Shown here piece by piece: positions 46,246 to 56,430 of a DNA stretch of 64,000 nucleotides (the first letter of the stretch is position 1; every line of letters starts with the position of its first letter). The stretch lies in the NCBI GenBank assembly GCA_036721855.1, contig DAIMKF010000001.1, forward strand, positions 67,122 to 131,121, in the 5' to 3' direction. The notes below the pieces were generated by a model. The model did not search any database and was not told the DNA's origin. It saw only the letters and a list, made by a program, of their open reading frames with translations. Position numbers and translations under genes: made by a program. The DNA is from Bacillota bacterium (GTDB lineage Bacteria; Bacillota; DTU065).

Positions 46246-47028
46246 GTGTTAGAGCAATTAATTGATGTCGGTATAAAAATGTTGCTAACAATGGCTAGAA
46301 TAGGTGGGGTAATAGCTGCAACCCCGATTTTTTCTAGCTCTAACCTACCGGGAATCTTTAAGGTAGGCTTAATACTTAGCCTTTCTTTCCTTCTTTACCC
46401 TTTAGTTATTACTAACAGTTCGGTTTTAGCTCTGCCCTTAATAAGTTTGGCGATGCTTTTACTTAAAGAGATCTTAACAGGACTTATCTTAGGAGCAATG
46501 GCCCATCTTTTCTTCAGTCTTTTTCAGACAGCTGGTCAACTAATTGACGTTCCCATGGGTTTTGGGGTAGTAAATTTCCTGGATCCTAATATGGGTGGAC
46601 AGGTTCCTTTAATGGGCAGGTTTCATTTTATTTTAACAGTTCTAACTTTTCTTTTGTTAAACGGACACTATGTGGTTATTAAAGCTCTCGCTCATAGCTA
46701 CAAGCTTATTCCTGTAGGAGAGTTATTTATCTCTCAAGTTAGTGCGAAATATTACCTCTACTGGGTAGGTCAGACCTTTATGATCTCTGTGCAACTAGCA
46801 CTTCCTGTAATTGCTGCTATTTTGCTTGTGGATGTGGGACTTGGTCTACTTAATCGTGCGGTACCACAGATAAACGTTTTTATAGTTGGTTTTCCGATTA
46901 AAATCGCCACAGGTATGGCTTTGGTCGCGTTAGGATTACCTTTTTATTTTGACTTAGTTAAAAGATTGTTTTCCCTAAACGGCAAATTGGTAGAGGCTTT
47001 ATTTGGGATGATGAAGACACTCAGATAG
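46246..47028 (+). CDS. fliR: Flagellar biosynthesis protein FliR (GTG start, no obvious SD)
   Basis: Multi-TM FliR family. Confidence 0.8.
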   Translation: MLEQLIDVGIKMLLTMARIGGVIAATPIFSSSNLPGIFKVGLILSLSFLLYPLVITNSSVLALPLISLAMLLLKEILTGLILGAMAHLFFSLFQTAGQLIDVPMGFGVVNFLDPNMGGQVPLMGRFHFILTVLTFLLLNGHYVVIKALAHSYKLIPVGELFISQVSAKYYLYWVGQTFMISVQLALPVIAAILLVDVGLGLLNRAVPQINVFIVGFPIKIATGMALVALGLPFYFDLVKRLFSLNGKLVEALFGMMKTLR

Positions 47029-47039
47029 GCGGTTTCCTA

Positions 47040-48119
47040 ATGGAAAAAATTAAAATTAAACTACAATTTTTTGCTGGAGAAAAAACAGAACCAGCAACCC
47101 CTAAAAAAAGGCGTGATGTACGCAAAAAAGGCCAGGTTTTTAAAAGTCAGGATTTGATCATGGCAGCAACAATTTTGCTTGCCTTTTCACTTTTACCTAC
47201 TTTTCTACGATTTATCAGTAATTATGCTTTACGATATGTAACCGATGCTTTATCAATTCAACAAACTTCAGATTTTACAATCGAGTTCATCAGTGAACTT
47301 ATACAAAAAAATATTGGGGTATTGATAGTTTGTGTACTACCATTTATGTTAGCTATAGCTTTAATGGGTTTGAGTATTAATCTCCTTCAAACAGGCTTCT
47401 TAAATGTACCGGAGCTTATAAGACCAAAGTTTGAGAGAATCAATCCTCTTGAAGGATTTAAACGCCTGTTTTCCAAAAAGGCACTTGTAAACCTTTTAAA
47501 ATCTATCTGTAAAGTTTTTATAGTTGGCTATACAATTTATGTCGCTTTGTCGCAAAGTATAGCCAAAGTATCAAGTTTAAGCCAGGTAAGCCTTCCGGAT
47601 GGTTTTACACTTATGACTGAACTTATCTCTAACTTAGGTGTTAAAATAGGGCTTTTGCTTCTGGTTCTTGGTATTATAGATTATTTTTATCAGTGGTGGG
47701 AATTTGAAGTATCAATTCGTATGACCAAACAAGAACTTAAAGATGAATATAAACAACTTGAAGGAGATCCCCAAGTTAAATCAAGAATACGTTCTAAACA
47801 AAGGCAGCTTGCCTATAGCCGTATGATGCAGGCAATACCTTCTGCCGATGTTGTTATTACCAACCCAACTCATGTAGCTGTAGCCTTAAAATACGAAGCT
47901 AAAAAAGGAGCACCAGAAATTCTGGCCAAAGGCCGAGGGCTCTTAGCTCAAAAGATTAAAGAGTTAGCTAGAGATAATGAGATACCTATTGTAGAAAGAC
48001 CGGAATTAGCACGTGCCATATATCAAATGGCTGAAGTTGGTCAATTTATTCCTCCGGAATTGTATAAAGCTGTAGCTGAAGTTTTAGCTTTTGTATATAG
48101 ACTAAAACAAAAATCTTAA
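47040..48119 (+). CDS. flhB: Flagellar biosynthesis protein FlhB
   Basis: 4 TM plus C-terminal autocleavage-site region (NPTH). Confidence 0.9.
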   Translation: MEKIKIKLQFFAGEKTEPATPKKRRDVRKKGQVFKSQDLIMAATILLAFSLLPTFLRFISNYALRYVTDALSIQQTSDFTIEFISELIQKNIGVLIVCVLPFMLAIALMGLSINLLQTGFLNVPELIRPKFERINPLEGFKRLFSKKALVNLLKSICKVFIVGYTIYVALSQSIAKVSSLSQVSLPDGFTLMTELISNLGVKIGLLLLVLGIIDYFYQWWEFEVSIRMTKQELKDEYKQLEGDPQVKSRIRSKQRQLAYSRMMQAIPSADVVITNPTHVAVALKYEAKKGAPEILAKGRGLLAQKIKELARDNEIPIVERPELARAIYQMAEVGQFIPPELYKAVAEVLAFVYRLKQKS

Positions 48120-48132
48120 AGGAGGGTGAGAG

Positions 48133-50211
48133 ATGAACTTAACGGATGAATCTACCAGGCGCCTTAGTAAAGTAAGTGATTTTTTAGCTGTAGTAGGGAT
48201 CTTGTTTATTGTTATGATGCTTATTATACCTCTCTCACCTGTGGTGTTAGATCTATTGTTAGCTGTAAATATTAGCCTTTCGGTTTTAATTTTGCTACTA
48301 ACAATGAATGTGAGCCGCTCACTGGATTTTGCCATTTTCCCCAGTCTTCTTTTGATTATGACCCTGTTTCGTTTAGCTCTCAATGTTTCTTCAACAAGAC
48401 TGATACTTCTAAATGGCTATGCCGGCCAAATTATTACTGCTTTTGGCAACTTTGTTGTAGGTGGTAATGCGGTAGTAGGTTTTGTTATATTTATTATTCT
48501 GGTTGTAATTCAGTTTATAGTTATAACTAAAGGTGCTGAACGTGTGGCCGAAGTAGCAGCTCGTTTTACTCTTGATGCTATGCCAGGCAAGCAAATGAGT
48601 ATCGATGCCGACTTAAATGCTGGTTTAATCACAGATGAGCAAGCAAGAACCAGAAGACGTGAAATTGAACGTGAAGCTGATTTTTATGGCGCTATGGATG
48701 GTGCTTCTAAATTTGTCAAAGGCGATGCCATAGCAGGTATTATTATTACTCTTATTAACATCCTTGGTGGTTTAACCATCGGTATGGTTCAAAAGGGTTT
48801 ACCTTTCAACCAGGCTCTTAACAGGTATACTTTGCTTACGGTAGGCGATGGTCTGGTTTCCCAAATACCAGCGCTCTTGGTCTCTACGGCCATGGGTATT
48901 TTAGTTACCAGAGCAGCCTCGGAAAGCAATCTAGGTCATGATCTAACCCAACAACTCTTTTCTCAACCCAAAGTTTTATATATAGCGGCCGGTCTTTTAA
49001 TAATATTGGGATTTATTCCCGGGCTGCCGACAATGCCATTTGTTTTAATTGCACTGCTACTTGGAGGTATTGGCTATTTAACAAGCAAGACTGTCGCTAA
49101 AAAGTCCTTGGAATATGCTGAAAAAGAGAGTGCCCAAGAATTAAAACAAGCAGAGACGCCCGAAAGAGTCTTAAACCTGGTACAGTTTGACCCCATCGAA
49201 CTTGAAATTGGCTATAGCTTAATACCTTATGTAGACCAGGAGCAGGGCGGTGATCTGCTAGATCGCATTACTTTAATCCGCAAACAAGTGGCTTTAGAAC
49301 TTGGTGTGGTACTTCCAGTAGTAAGAATTAGAGATAATTTACAACTCCAGCCCAATGAGTATGTGATTAAAATAAAAGGTGTAGAGGTAGGTAAAGGTGA
49401 ATTAATGCCTCACCATCATTTAGCTATGGACTCAGGAACAGCAACCAGATCAATTAATGGCATTCCGACTACCGAACCTGCCTTTGGGCTTCCGGCTCTT
49501 TGGATCAGTGAGGTCGATAGAGAAGAAGCAGAAATGGCGGGTTATACAACGGTTGATTCGGCATCTGTTTTGGCGACTCATCTGACAGAAGTACTCAGAA
49601 GCCATGCTGCCGAGTTTATTGGTAGGCAGGAAGTTAAAAATCTTATTAATAGTGTGAAAGAAAACTCGCCGGCTGTTATTGAAGAACTTACACCAGATCC
49701 ACTATCTTTAGGTGATATTCAAAAGGTTCTCCAAAACCTAGTCAGAGAAGGAATTTCGATTCGTAACCTAATTGAGATCTTTGAGAAACTGGCAGATTAT
49801 GCCAGATTAAGCAAAGATACCGATTATTTAACCGAGATGACTCGTCAGGGATTAAGCCGACAAATATCCAAATCTTTAGTTGATGAAAAAAATCGCCTTC
49901 AGGTTATAACTCTATCTCCCGAGATCGAAGAAGCTGTATTCGAAGCTGTGAAAAAAGAGCAAGAAACAGGTAGCTTGGCTTTGGATCCTAATCTATGGCA
50001 GAGTTTATTAAAAGGGTTGGGTGAAGAGATCGAAAATGTAGCCGGAAGGGGCTTTATGCCTATTATTCTTACTTCACCACCTATTAGACTGGCTTTTCGC
50101 AGGCTAATAGAACATGCTATGCCCCGAGTGGTTGTAATAAGTTACAATGAGATTGATCCTAGTGTACAAGTGCATGGACTAGGGATGGTGAGATTTGCTG
50201 ATGCTAGTTAA
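48133..50211 (+). CDS. flhA: Flagellar biosynthesis protein FlhA
   Basis: 692 aa: 8-TM N-terminal domain and conserved cytoplasmic domain. Confidence 0.9.
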   Translation: MNLTDESTRRLSKVSDFLAVVGILFIVMMLIIPLSPVVLDLLLAVNISLSVLILLLTMNVSRSLDFAIFPSLLLIMTLFRLALNVSSTRLILLNGYAGQIITAFGNFVVGGNAVVGFVIFIILVVIQFIVITKGAERVAEVAARFTLDAMPGKQMSIDADLNAGLITDEQARTRRREIEREADFYGAMDGASKFVKGDAIAGIIITLINILGGLTIGMVQKGLPFNQALNRYTLLTVGDGLVSQIPALLVSTAMGILVTRAASESNLGHDLTQQLFSQPKVLYIAAGLLIILGFIPGLPTMPFVLIALLLGGIGYLTSKTVAKKSLEYAEKESAQELKQAETPERVLNLVQFDPIELEIGYSLIPYVDQEQGGDLLDRITLIRKQVALELGVVLPVVRIRDNLQLQPNEYVIKIKGVEVGKGELMPHHHLAMDSGTATRSINGIPTTEPAFGLPALWISEVDREEAEMAGYTTVDSASVLATHLTEVLRSHAAEFIGRQEVKNLINSVKENSPAVIEELTPDPLSLGDIQKVLQNLVREGISIRNLIEIFEKLADYARLSKDTDYLTEMTRQGLSRQISKSLVDEKNRLQVITLSPEIEEAVFEAVKKEQETGSLALDPNLWQSLLKGLGEEIENVAGRGFMPIILTSPPIRLAFRRLIEHAMPRVVVISYNEIDPSVQVHGLGMVRFADAS

Positions 50212-51298
50212 AAAATACCGAGCAGATTCTATGACCGAAGTCTTGGATTTAGTTAAAAAAGAGTTGGGACCGGAGGCTTTAATTATTGAATCAAAAAAAG
50301 TGAGGCAAAAAGGTTTCTTTGGGTTTTTTCAGCCTTTAAAAGTTGAGGTTACCGCAGTGTTAGAAAGTGCTTCAAAGCAACTGTATCAACCAAAAGTGCC
50401 GGAAATTGACCCTGAAATAATGGCAAGTACGGTTAAAGAAGTTGCCAAACTTAAAGAAATGATTAACGCAATTAAAGCAGAGTCTGCTTTAAGCACTCTG
50501 ATTACATCTCCGAAAGAAGTACCGGTAATTGAGCCATTAAATTTAATTAAAAAGCGGCTTTTAGATACGGGCATGAGCCTTGATGCCGTTGGCTACTTGT
50601 TAAAGGAACTCGTTTTAGAGGGCGTAGATTTGTATACAGCCACAGCTGTGGAAAATGCTATTGGAAATGTCTTAAAAAAATCTCTTAAAACCAAAGCACC
50701 ATTAATAGATAAAAAACCCTATCTAATCTTTTTAGTAGGAACTACAGGAGTCGGTAAAACCACTACTATCGCTAAATTAGCTGCTAAATACCATCTCAGG
50801 GATGATCTTAAAGTGGCTTTAATTACCGTCGATACTTATCGTATCGCAGCTGTCGAACAACTAAAGACCTATGCCGAGATAATCAACATCCCTGTTGAAG
50901 TGGCCTTTAACAAAGATGATTATCTTAAAGCACTTTTGCGTTTTAAAGAGATGGATTTAATAATTGTCGATACTGCAGGCAGAAGTCAACATAATATGAT
51001 TCAAATAGGAGAGCTCAGAGATTTTATTGCCGTAAAAAAACCGCAAGAGATTCATCTTGTTATAAGTGCCACAGCCAAAATTGAAGATTGTCGTTCCATT
51101 ATAGCAGCCTTCGTACCTTTGGGTGTAACTCATCTAATCTATACGAAGGTTGATGAAACCATAAAACATGGCACTCTTTTTGAGATCTTAAAATCAACCC
51201 AAATACCGCTTAGCTTTATTACTACCGGTCAAAAGGTTCCTGAAGATTTACAGACAGCTTCGATAGACAAAGTTATCGAGCTGATCATAGGAGATTAA
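50195..51298 (+). CDS. flhF: Flagellar biosynthesis GTPase FlhF (SRP-like)
   Basis: [28 protein letters not shown]. Confidence 0.85.
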   Translation: MLMLVKKYRADSMTEVLDLVKKELGPEALIIESKKVRQKGFFGFFQPLKVEVTAVLESASKQLYQPKVPEIDPEIMASTVKEVAKLKEMINAIKAESALSTLITSPKEVPVIEPLNLIKKRLLDTGMSLDAVGYLLKELVLEGVDLYTATAVENAIGNVLKKSLKTKAPLIDKKPYLIFLVGTTGVGKTTTIAKLAAKYHLRDDLKVALITVDTYRIAAVEQLKTYAEIINIPVEVAFNKDDYLKALLRFKEMDLIIVDTAGRSQHNMIQIGELRDFIAVKKPQEIHLVISATAKIEDCRSIIAAFVPLGVTHLIYTKVDETIKHGTLFEILKSTQIPLSFITTGQKVPEDLQTASIDKVIELIIGD

Positions 51299-51299
51299 T

Positions 51300-52181
51300 A
51301 TGCAGGATCAAGCCAGTGGCTTACGCAAGTTAGCCCGGGGGAAAAAATCCAAAGCTAAAACTATTGTTATAACTAGCGGTAAGGGTGGGGTTGGGAAAAG
51401 TTCATTTGCGGTTAACTTTGCCTTATCTTTGGGCAAAAATGGTCAACGGGTTGCGATATTAGATGCCGATCTAGGACTGGCCAATCTTGATCTTTTAATG
51501 GGTATTCCTACTACTTACAATATTATGCATCTTTTAGAAGGACAAAAAAGATTAAGTGAGATTATTCTTCAAGGACCATACGGAGTAAAGCTAATTCCCG
51601 GTGGTTCGGGAATTGTGGAACTAGCCAATATAAGTGAACTCAAATTAAAAGGTTTAATTGAGGCTTTTGGTGTATTAGATCCTTACCTGGATTATTTTAT
51701 TATTGATACAGGAGCAGGTATCAATAAGCAGGTGTTAGCCTTTGCTTTGGCTGCAGATGAGGTTTTTACCGTGACTACACCGGAGCCTACTTCCCTGGCA
51801 GATTCTTATGGAATTATTAAAATATTACAAAAAGGAAATCCTACACTTCCAATTAACATAGTGGTTAACCAGGCTGATAACCTAGCCCATGGTGAAAGGA
51901 TCTATCAACGTCTCAAACTAATCTGTAAGAATTTTGCCGCTAAGGATGTTGGCTTAGTAGGTATTATACCTCGTGATATAGCTGTAAGCAAAGCTATTCG
52001 TAACCAGATACCTCTTTTAATTTTCCAACCAAAATCTAAGGCAGCTGTGGCTATTAACCAAGCTGCTAGTCGTTACCTGGAATTTAACGCTTTGGATCTG
52101 GCTACAAAGAAAACTAACCAGCCCCCTGAGCGCAAAGGTTTCAGTGGGTTTTTAGAAAGAATGGCTCGTTTGTTAAGATGA
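51300..52181 (+). CDS. flhG: MinD-like ATPase FlhG (YlxH)
   Basis: Deviant Walker A ITSGKGGVGKSS. Confidence 0.8.
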   Translation: MQDQASGLRKLARGKKSKAKTIVITSGKGGVGKSSFAVNFALSLGKNGQRVAILDADLGLANLDLLMGIPTTYNIMHLLEGQKRLSEIILQGPYGVKLIPGGSGIVELANISELKLKGLIEAFGVLDPYLDYFIIDTGAGINKQVLAFALAADEVFTVTTPEPTSLADSYGIIKILQKGNPTLPINIVVNQADNLAHGERIYQRLKLICKNFAAKDVGLVGIIPRDIAVSKAIRNQIPLLIFQPKSKAAVAINQAASRYLEFNALDLATKKTNQPPERKGFSGFLERMARLLR

Positions 52182-52184
52182 GGA

Positions 52185-52949
52185 GTGTGGTCTATGCTCC
52201 CAAGTAATGATCTTTGGACAGAACTAAAAGTCGGCAATCAAAAAGCCCGAGAACAGTTAATTGAAGATAATATAGCTTTAGTTCAGGAGATGGCAAGGGC
52301 TATAGCCAAGAATTTGCCACAGCATGTGGAGGTAGAGGAACTGGAGAGCCTAGGCTTTTTAGGCCTTTTAGATGCGGTTGATAAATTTGAGCCCGAAAGA
52401 GGTGTCCCTTTCGAAGCCTATGGCAGACAGCGTATTAAAGGTGCAATTCTGGATGGCCTAAGAAAAGAAGACTGGTTAAGCTCCACCGCAAGAAGAAAGA
52501 CTAAAAGAATTGCTGAGGTCTACGATTTTTTAGAACGAGAATTAATGCGTCCGGCTACCGACGAAGAAGTAGCTTTAGAGTTAGATATCTCAGTTACAGA
52601 GTTTCGCAAGACTATCCAGGAAATAAATAAAGAACTGGTTCCACTGGAAGCACCAATAACCACAGATAGTGAAGGTCATACTCAGACATTTATTGACATT
52701 ATCCCTTCAAAAGAGGATATAGGTAGTGCTTTAGAGAAAAAACATATCAAAGAGTTGCTGGTAGAAGCTATTGAAAAACTACCTGAAAAAGAACGATTGG
52801 TAGTTGCTTTATATTATTATGAAGGACTCAATTTGACTGAAATTGGTGAAGTCTTAGATCTTTCTACCTCACGTATTTCACAACTACATGCCAAAGCAAT
52901 TCTAAGACTGAGAGGTCGTCTAGGGCGTAGAAAAGACGAACTGTTTTAA
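52185..52949 (+). CDS. sigD: Flagellar sigma factor sigma-28 (SigD/FliA)
   Basis: Sigma-70 regions 2, 3 and 4 (LNLTEIGEVLDLSTSRISQLHAKA). Confidence 0.85.
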   Translation: MWSMLPSNDLWTELKVGNQKAREQLIEDNIALVQEMARAIAKNLPQHVEVEELESLGFLGLLDAVDKFEPERGVPFEAYGRQRIKGAILDGLRKEDWLSSTARRKTKRIAEVYDFLERELMRPATDEEVALELDISVTEFRKTIQEINKELVPLEAPITTDSEGHTQTFIDIIPSKEDIGSALEKKHIKELLVEAIEKLPEKERLVVALYYYEGLNLTEIGEVLDLSTSRISQLHAKAILRLRGRLGRRKDELF

Positions 52950-52977
52950 TAATGTCAGGTTTAAGGGAGGAAGTAGT

Positions 52978-53289
52978 ATGTCAATCAAACCAGTTGATAT
53001 GCAGATACTCCTACCTCGCTCTCAAGAAATCCAAAGAGGAGAAACGATTAAAGACAGTAAGTCAAATAGCAACAATCAATTTGTCCTAATTGAGAATGAG
53101 AAGGAAACCGTAAAAAAGACCAAACAGATCAATGAAACTAATAAAAGTGAAGAAGTCAAGATCAGTGAAGAAGGGAAGAAAAGCCGGGACCAGAATCCAA
53201 GTGGATTTGCTTCTTCTAAGAAGAAGCAAGAAGAAGACTGTGACTTTACTCCCAGCACCTTAGGGAAAAATATAGATATTAAAATCTAG
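52978..53289 (+). CDS. Hypothetical Lys/Glu-rich, probably disordered 103-aa protein
   Basis: AGGGAGG RBS; low-complexity composition. Confidence 0.4.
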   Translation: MSIKPVDMQILLPRSQEIQRGETIKDSKSNSNNQFVLIENEKETVKKTKQINETNKSEEVKISEEGKKSRDQNPSGFASSKKKQEEDCDFTPSTLGKNIDIKI

Positions 53290-53300
53290 AAAGCAGGTGG

Positions 53301-53729
53301 GTGTGGGTGCCATACATCCTTTTGGGGATAGGCATATTTGTTGTTGGCTTGTCTATAATCTTACCGGAACACTCTGGTGAACCGGAAGCTTTCAACAACC
53401 GCTCCAAAAAAGATATAGATGAGAAGTTAGATGTTTTAATAGATGAATTTAATGAAAGTTTCCATTTGGCAGGCAATGAATTAGATTTACGAATTGCTAA
53501 ACTGGCCAAACTGCAAGAGTCAGTTGATCAATCAATATTATACTGGCAAAAAGCAATTCAAAAAGCGCAAACCCTTGATGAAAAAAAACATCTACCCCCA
53601 AAACATAAAGACGTTTTAGCGTTGAATAAAAATGGTCTTAATATTACTGAAATTGCTCAAAGACTCAATATTGGCAAAGGCGAAGTCGAAATGATTCTGG
53701 CACTGTATGGGGCAGGTGAACTGGAATGA
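53301..53729 (+). CDS. Membrane-anchored protein with a C-terminal HTH (possibly SwrB-like)
   Basis: N-terminal TM and C-terminal LNITEIAQRLNIGKGEVEMIL HTH; sits where swrB is found after sigD in Bacillus. Confidence 0.35.
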   Translation: MWVPYILLGIGIFVVGLSIILPEHSGEPEAFNNRSKKDIDEKLDVLIDEFNESFHLAGNELDLRIAKLAKLQESVDQSILYWQKAIQKAQTLDEKKHLPPKHKDVLALNKNGLNITEIAQRLNIGKGEVEMILALYGAGELE

Positions 53730-54187
53730 GATCACAAAAAGATTTTTTCCTAGGTTTAGGGCTAGGACTTATTTTTGCGGCTATGGTCTGGATCGTGTTT
53801 TCTTTAGGACCAGTCGATGATGCTAAGATTATTACCAAAGCCAAGGAATTGGGCATGATCTTTCCCAAAGATTTAGGTGAACCACAATCGGTCTTGGCAA
53901 GTATAGATGAGGGTACTTCATTACCCCAAGAGGAAGTAACTAAGACAGAGGATAACATACCCAATAAAACTCCTAAACTTGTAAACTATACTATTAAACC
54001 TGGTTCTAGTGCCAAAATAGTCGCAACTGAGCTAAAAGAAGCGGGAATTATAGCCGATGCTAATCTTTTTGTTGAGGAACTGACCAAAATGCAATTAACT
54101 GCTAAGATCAAAGCTAAAAATTATAGGTTTGATCTCACATATGGTCCTGTAGATATGTATTTGGTTATTAAGGAAATTACAAAATAA
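53726..54187 (+). CDS. Membrane protein with a YceG/MltG-N-terminal-like domain only (no lytic transglycosylase catalytic domain)
   Basis: TM followed by YTIKPGSSAKIVATELKEAGIIADANLF, resembling the MltG N-domain; the ORF ends before any catalytic domain. Confidence 0.4.
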   Translation: MRSQKDFFLGLGLGLIFAAMVWIVFSLGPVDDAKIITKAKELGMIFPKDLGEPQSVLASIDEGTSLPQEEVTKTEDNIPNKTPKLVNYTIKPGSSAKIVATELKEAGIIADANLFVEELTKMQLTAKIKAKNYRFDLTYGPVDMYLVIKEITK

Positions 54188-54204
54188 AATTGTCATTTAG
54201 AGTA

Positions 54205-54245
54205 ATGCAGCATAATTAAAACTTGGTATGCTGCATTTTTCCTTT
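54205..54245 (+). terminator. Rho-independent terminator ending the fla/sigD transcription unit
   Basis: ATGCAGCATAattaaaacttggTATGCTGCAT followed by TTTTT. Confidence 0.55.
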
Positions 54246-54751
54246 TATCAACCTAGTTTTACGAAACAATTAATATATAGAATTAACTTTTTTACCCAGC
54301 ACGAATTTTTTGATTTGTCCAATCCAATTGAAGTTTACTTAATCTCTCTTACGGTAGAGGGATGGTAAAAAGGCAGTTTGATTATTGTTGAATTCGAACT
54401 GGCAACGCAGGTAAAAGACAATCACTTTTATGGAGTATACTGGCAGAAAGGGAAAAATGGTAATTGCAAGATTTATTGCTACTAATAAGTTTTACAGTTT
54501 AGGGAGGTATTTCCAGCAAGGTATTTATCAGGTATTTATCAGCAAAGACTGGAAAGGGTTAATTGCAAAGGTAATTGCTACTTTTCAGGATTTATTTCTA
54601 CCTTTGACGAGCTTGACAACAAAATATAAGCAAAAAGCAGTCTTCATGTAGCTTTTTGGGACAGAATTTGTCATAATAAGAGTAGTAATTAGGCACTTTC
54701 TGCCTATTTTTGGCAACACCAACCTAGAGGTCGAAATAAACGTTTTTTTCG

Positions 54752-56246
54752 CAAATGTTATTTCTACCCCCTCTAGTCGGTATGGTAGCCATCCTTAATA
54801 GGTAACCCTGCCTGGCTAACTTATTTCTTTAGCAGAGTTGGAAGTAGTATGATTTCATTGCTTGGGATGATTTCTACTGCCAACTTTTCTAGGATATCCG
54901 TTCCATATAGAAAGCTGAAGACTGATGTTGGAGATCGGTCGTTCAGCTTTTTTCTTTTGTACGAGTTAATGTGACTCATCATAAGATTTATATCGTCCTG
55001 AGTAAATGAATCCATGCTTTTTCCTTTGGGAATGATTCTACGTATCAATCCATGATTGTTTTCTAATGCACCTTTTTGAAACGGAGATGATGGATCACAA
55101 TAGAATAATCTAGTCCTCTGATTTTGCTGGGTATCGAATTCGAGTTTTAGTGGATCAGAAAACTCACTACCATTATCGGTTAGAATAAGGGGGAAAAGCT
55201 TTTGAAAGACTTGTTTTCCCAACTTTTCGCATTAATAATACTAATAACGCTCTGTGCAGTATTTGCTTCTCTCAAGAAAGCGAGCATAAACTCAATTTCT
55301 ACAAAATGTAGCGTTAATAAAACTGCTCCACCATCGAGTTTTCCTTCAACAGTGTCTATTTGAACAATTGGTGTGTCTGGATTTTCTTCCATAAATTTAT
55401 TGAAATCCTCATAGGTGCGATTTACTCTACACTTCTTGTCTATTTTATAGTTGTTTTGGGTTTTCTTGCGAGGACGGAATTTGACTTTACGGGGGAGATC
55501 GATATTTCTAGCTGAAAAATGATTTTAATCCACGTAGTTATAAATGGATCTCTCAGAACACATAAGAATGTCTTCATTAGTTGTAAAGATGTGATGAATA
55601 GATTGTCCTTTTAGGATAAGTGGACTAATTATTTTATAAAGGTACTTAATGGCGTTTTCGGTGCAATTGATGCCACTTCTTGATTCAGAACGTACTAACT
55701 CATATTCTTTTTGAGCATGAGATGCCTGGTAGAAGCATTTTTCTAACGAGCACTTGCTTAATTGAATGCAGCCATTGCATACATAGGGTGGCTTGTCCAA
55801 AAGCTGGCAAGTTTCTTTTACAAAATCTTTGCAAACCTTAGTACACATTTTGCAATACTTGCAGCTTCTATGGGTGCATGATTCTGACTCGCAGATATAA
55901 GATCTTTGGCAAGCAAATCGGTGCCGGCAATTATTAAACGCTCTTCCATAGTAGCCAGTTTGTCTAAAAATAATATGGTTTTTAATTTCTTTAGGTATTG
56001 CGGTACAATGCTTACCGATCTCTTTAGCTATTGCTTTAAATGAATAGCGTTCTTTTAGCATTTCTTCGATGGTTTGCCTTTCCTTCAGAGAAAGATGATT
56101 GAACTGAGACCTCCTGCCTATATAGGTAGGATTTACCTACAAATAGCTTTGAGTAAAGTATAGCATTTGAACAACTAAATGCTACCCCTTCAATTTGCAT
56201 GAGTTATTTCTACTCATATTCCTAGAGAGGTAGCAATTACTTTTGC
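54752..56246 (-). mobile_element. IS30-family insertion sequence remnant with imperfect terminal inverted repeats (about 1.5 kb)
   Basis: Contains a frameshifted IS30-type transposase. Near-complementary ends ATTTCTACCCCCTCTAG (left) and CTAGAGAGGTAGCAATT (right). Confidence 0.45.
54821..56061 (-). pseudogene. IS30-family transposase disrupted into three ORF fragments
   Basis: N-terminal HTH fragment (55525-56061), middle fragment (55180-55392) and DDE core fragment with NGSEF (54821-55222), in different frames. Confidence 0.65.
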
Positions 56247-56285
56247 AATTAAGGCAAAGACTGGAAAGAGAAAGACTTAGAAACT

Positions 56286-56314
56286 CTTGTTAAAGAGATG
56301 GCAATATGATATAC
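56286..56314 (+). promoter_or_regulatory. Sigma-A promoter for rpsB-tsf (TTGTTA-N17-TATACT)
   Basis: Good -35 and -10 with a 17-nt spacer, about 115 nt upstream of rpsB. Confidence 0.45.
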
Positions 56315-56430
56315 TACTAAACGGTGTAAAACACACTCGAATCGATCCTCTAGAGAGTGCCAAATTAAGATTAAATTGGTTTCTATAGGAGATGAGATTC
56401 GGGGAGGAAAAAACTAAGGAGGTCTTTTTT

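Noticed and set aside
54520-54543. Possible CRISPR or tandem-repeat array
   Set aside because: Only two copies of a 12-nt unit are present, with no repeat-spacer periodicity. No CRISPR array was found anywhere in the window.
54430-54651. 73-aa ORF in the repeat-rich spacer before the IS element
   Set aside because: It lies across tandem repeats (GGTATTTATCAG x2; GTAATTGC copies), has an implausible composition and lacks an RBS. Probably non-coding.
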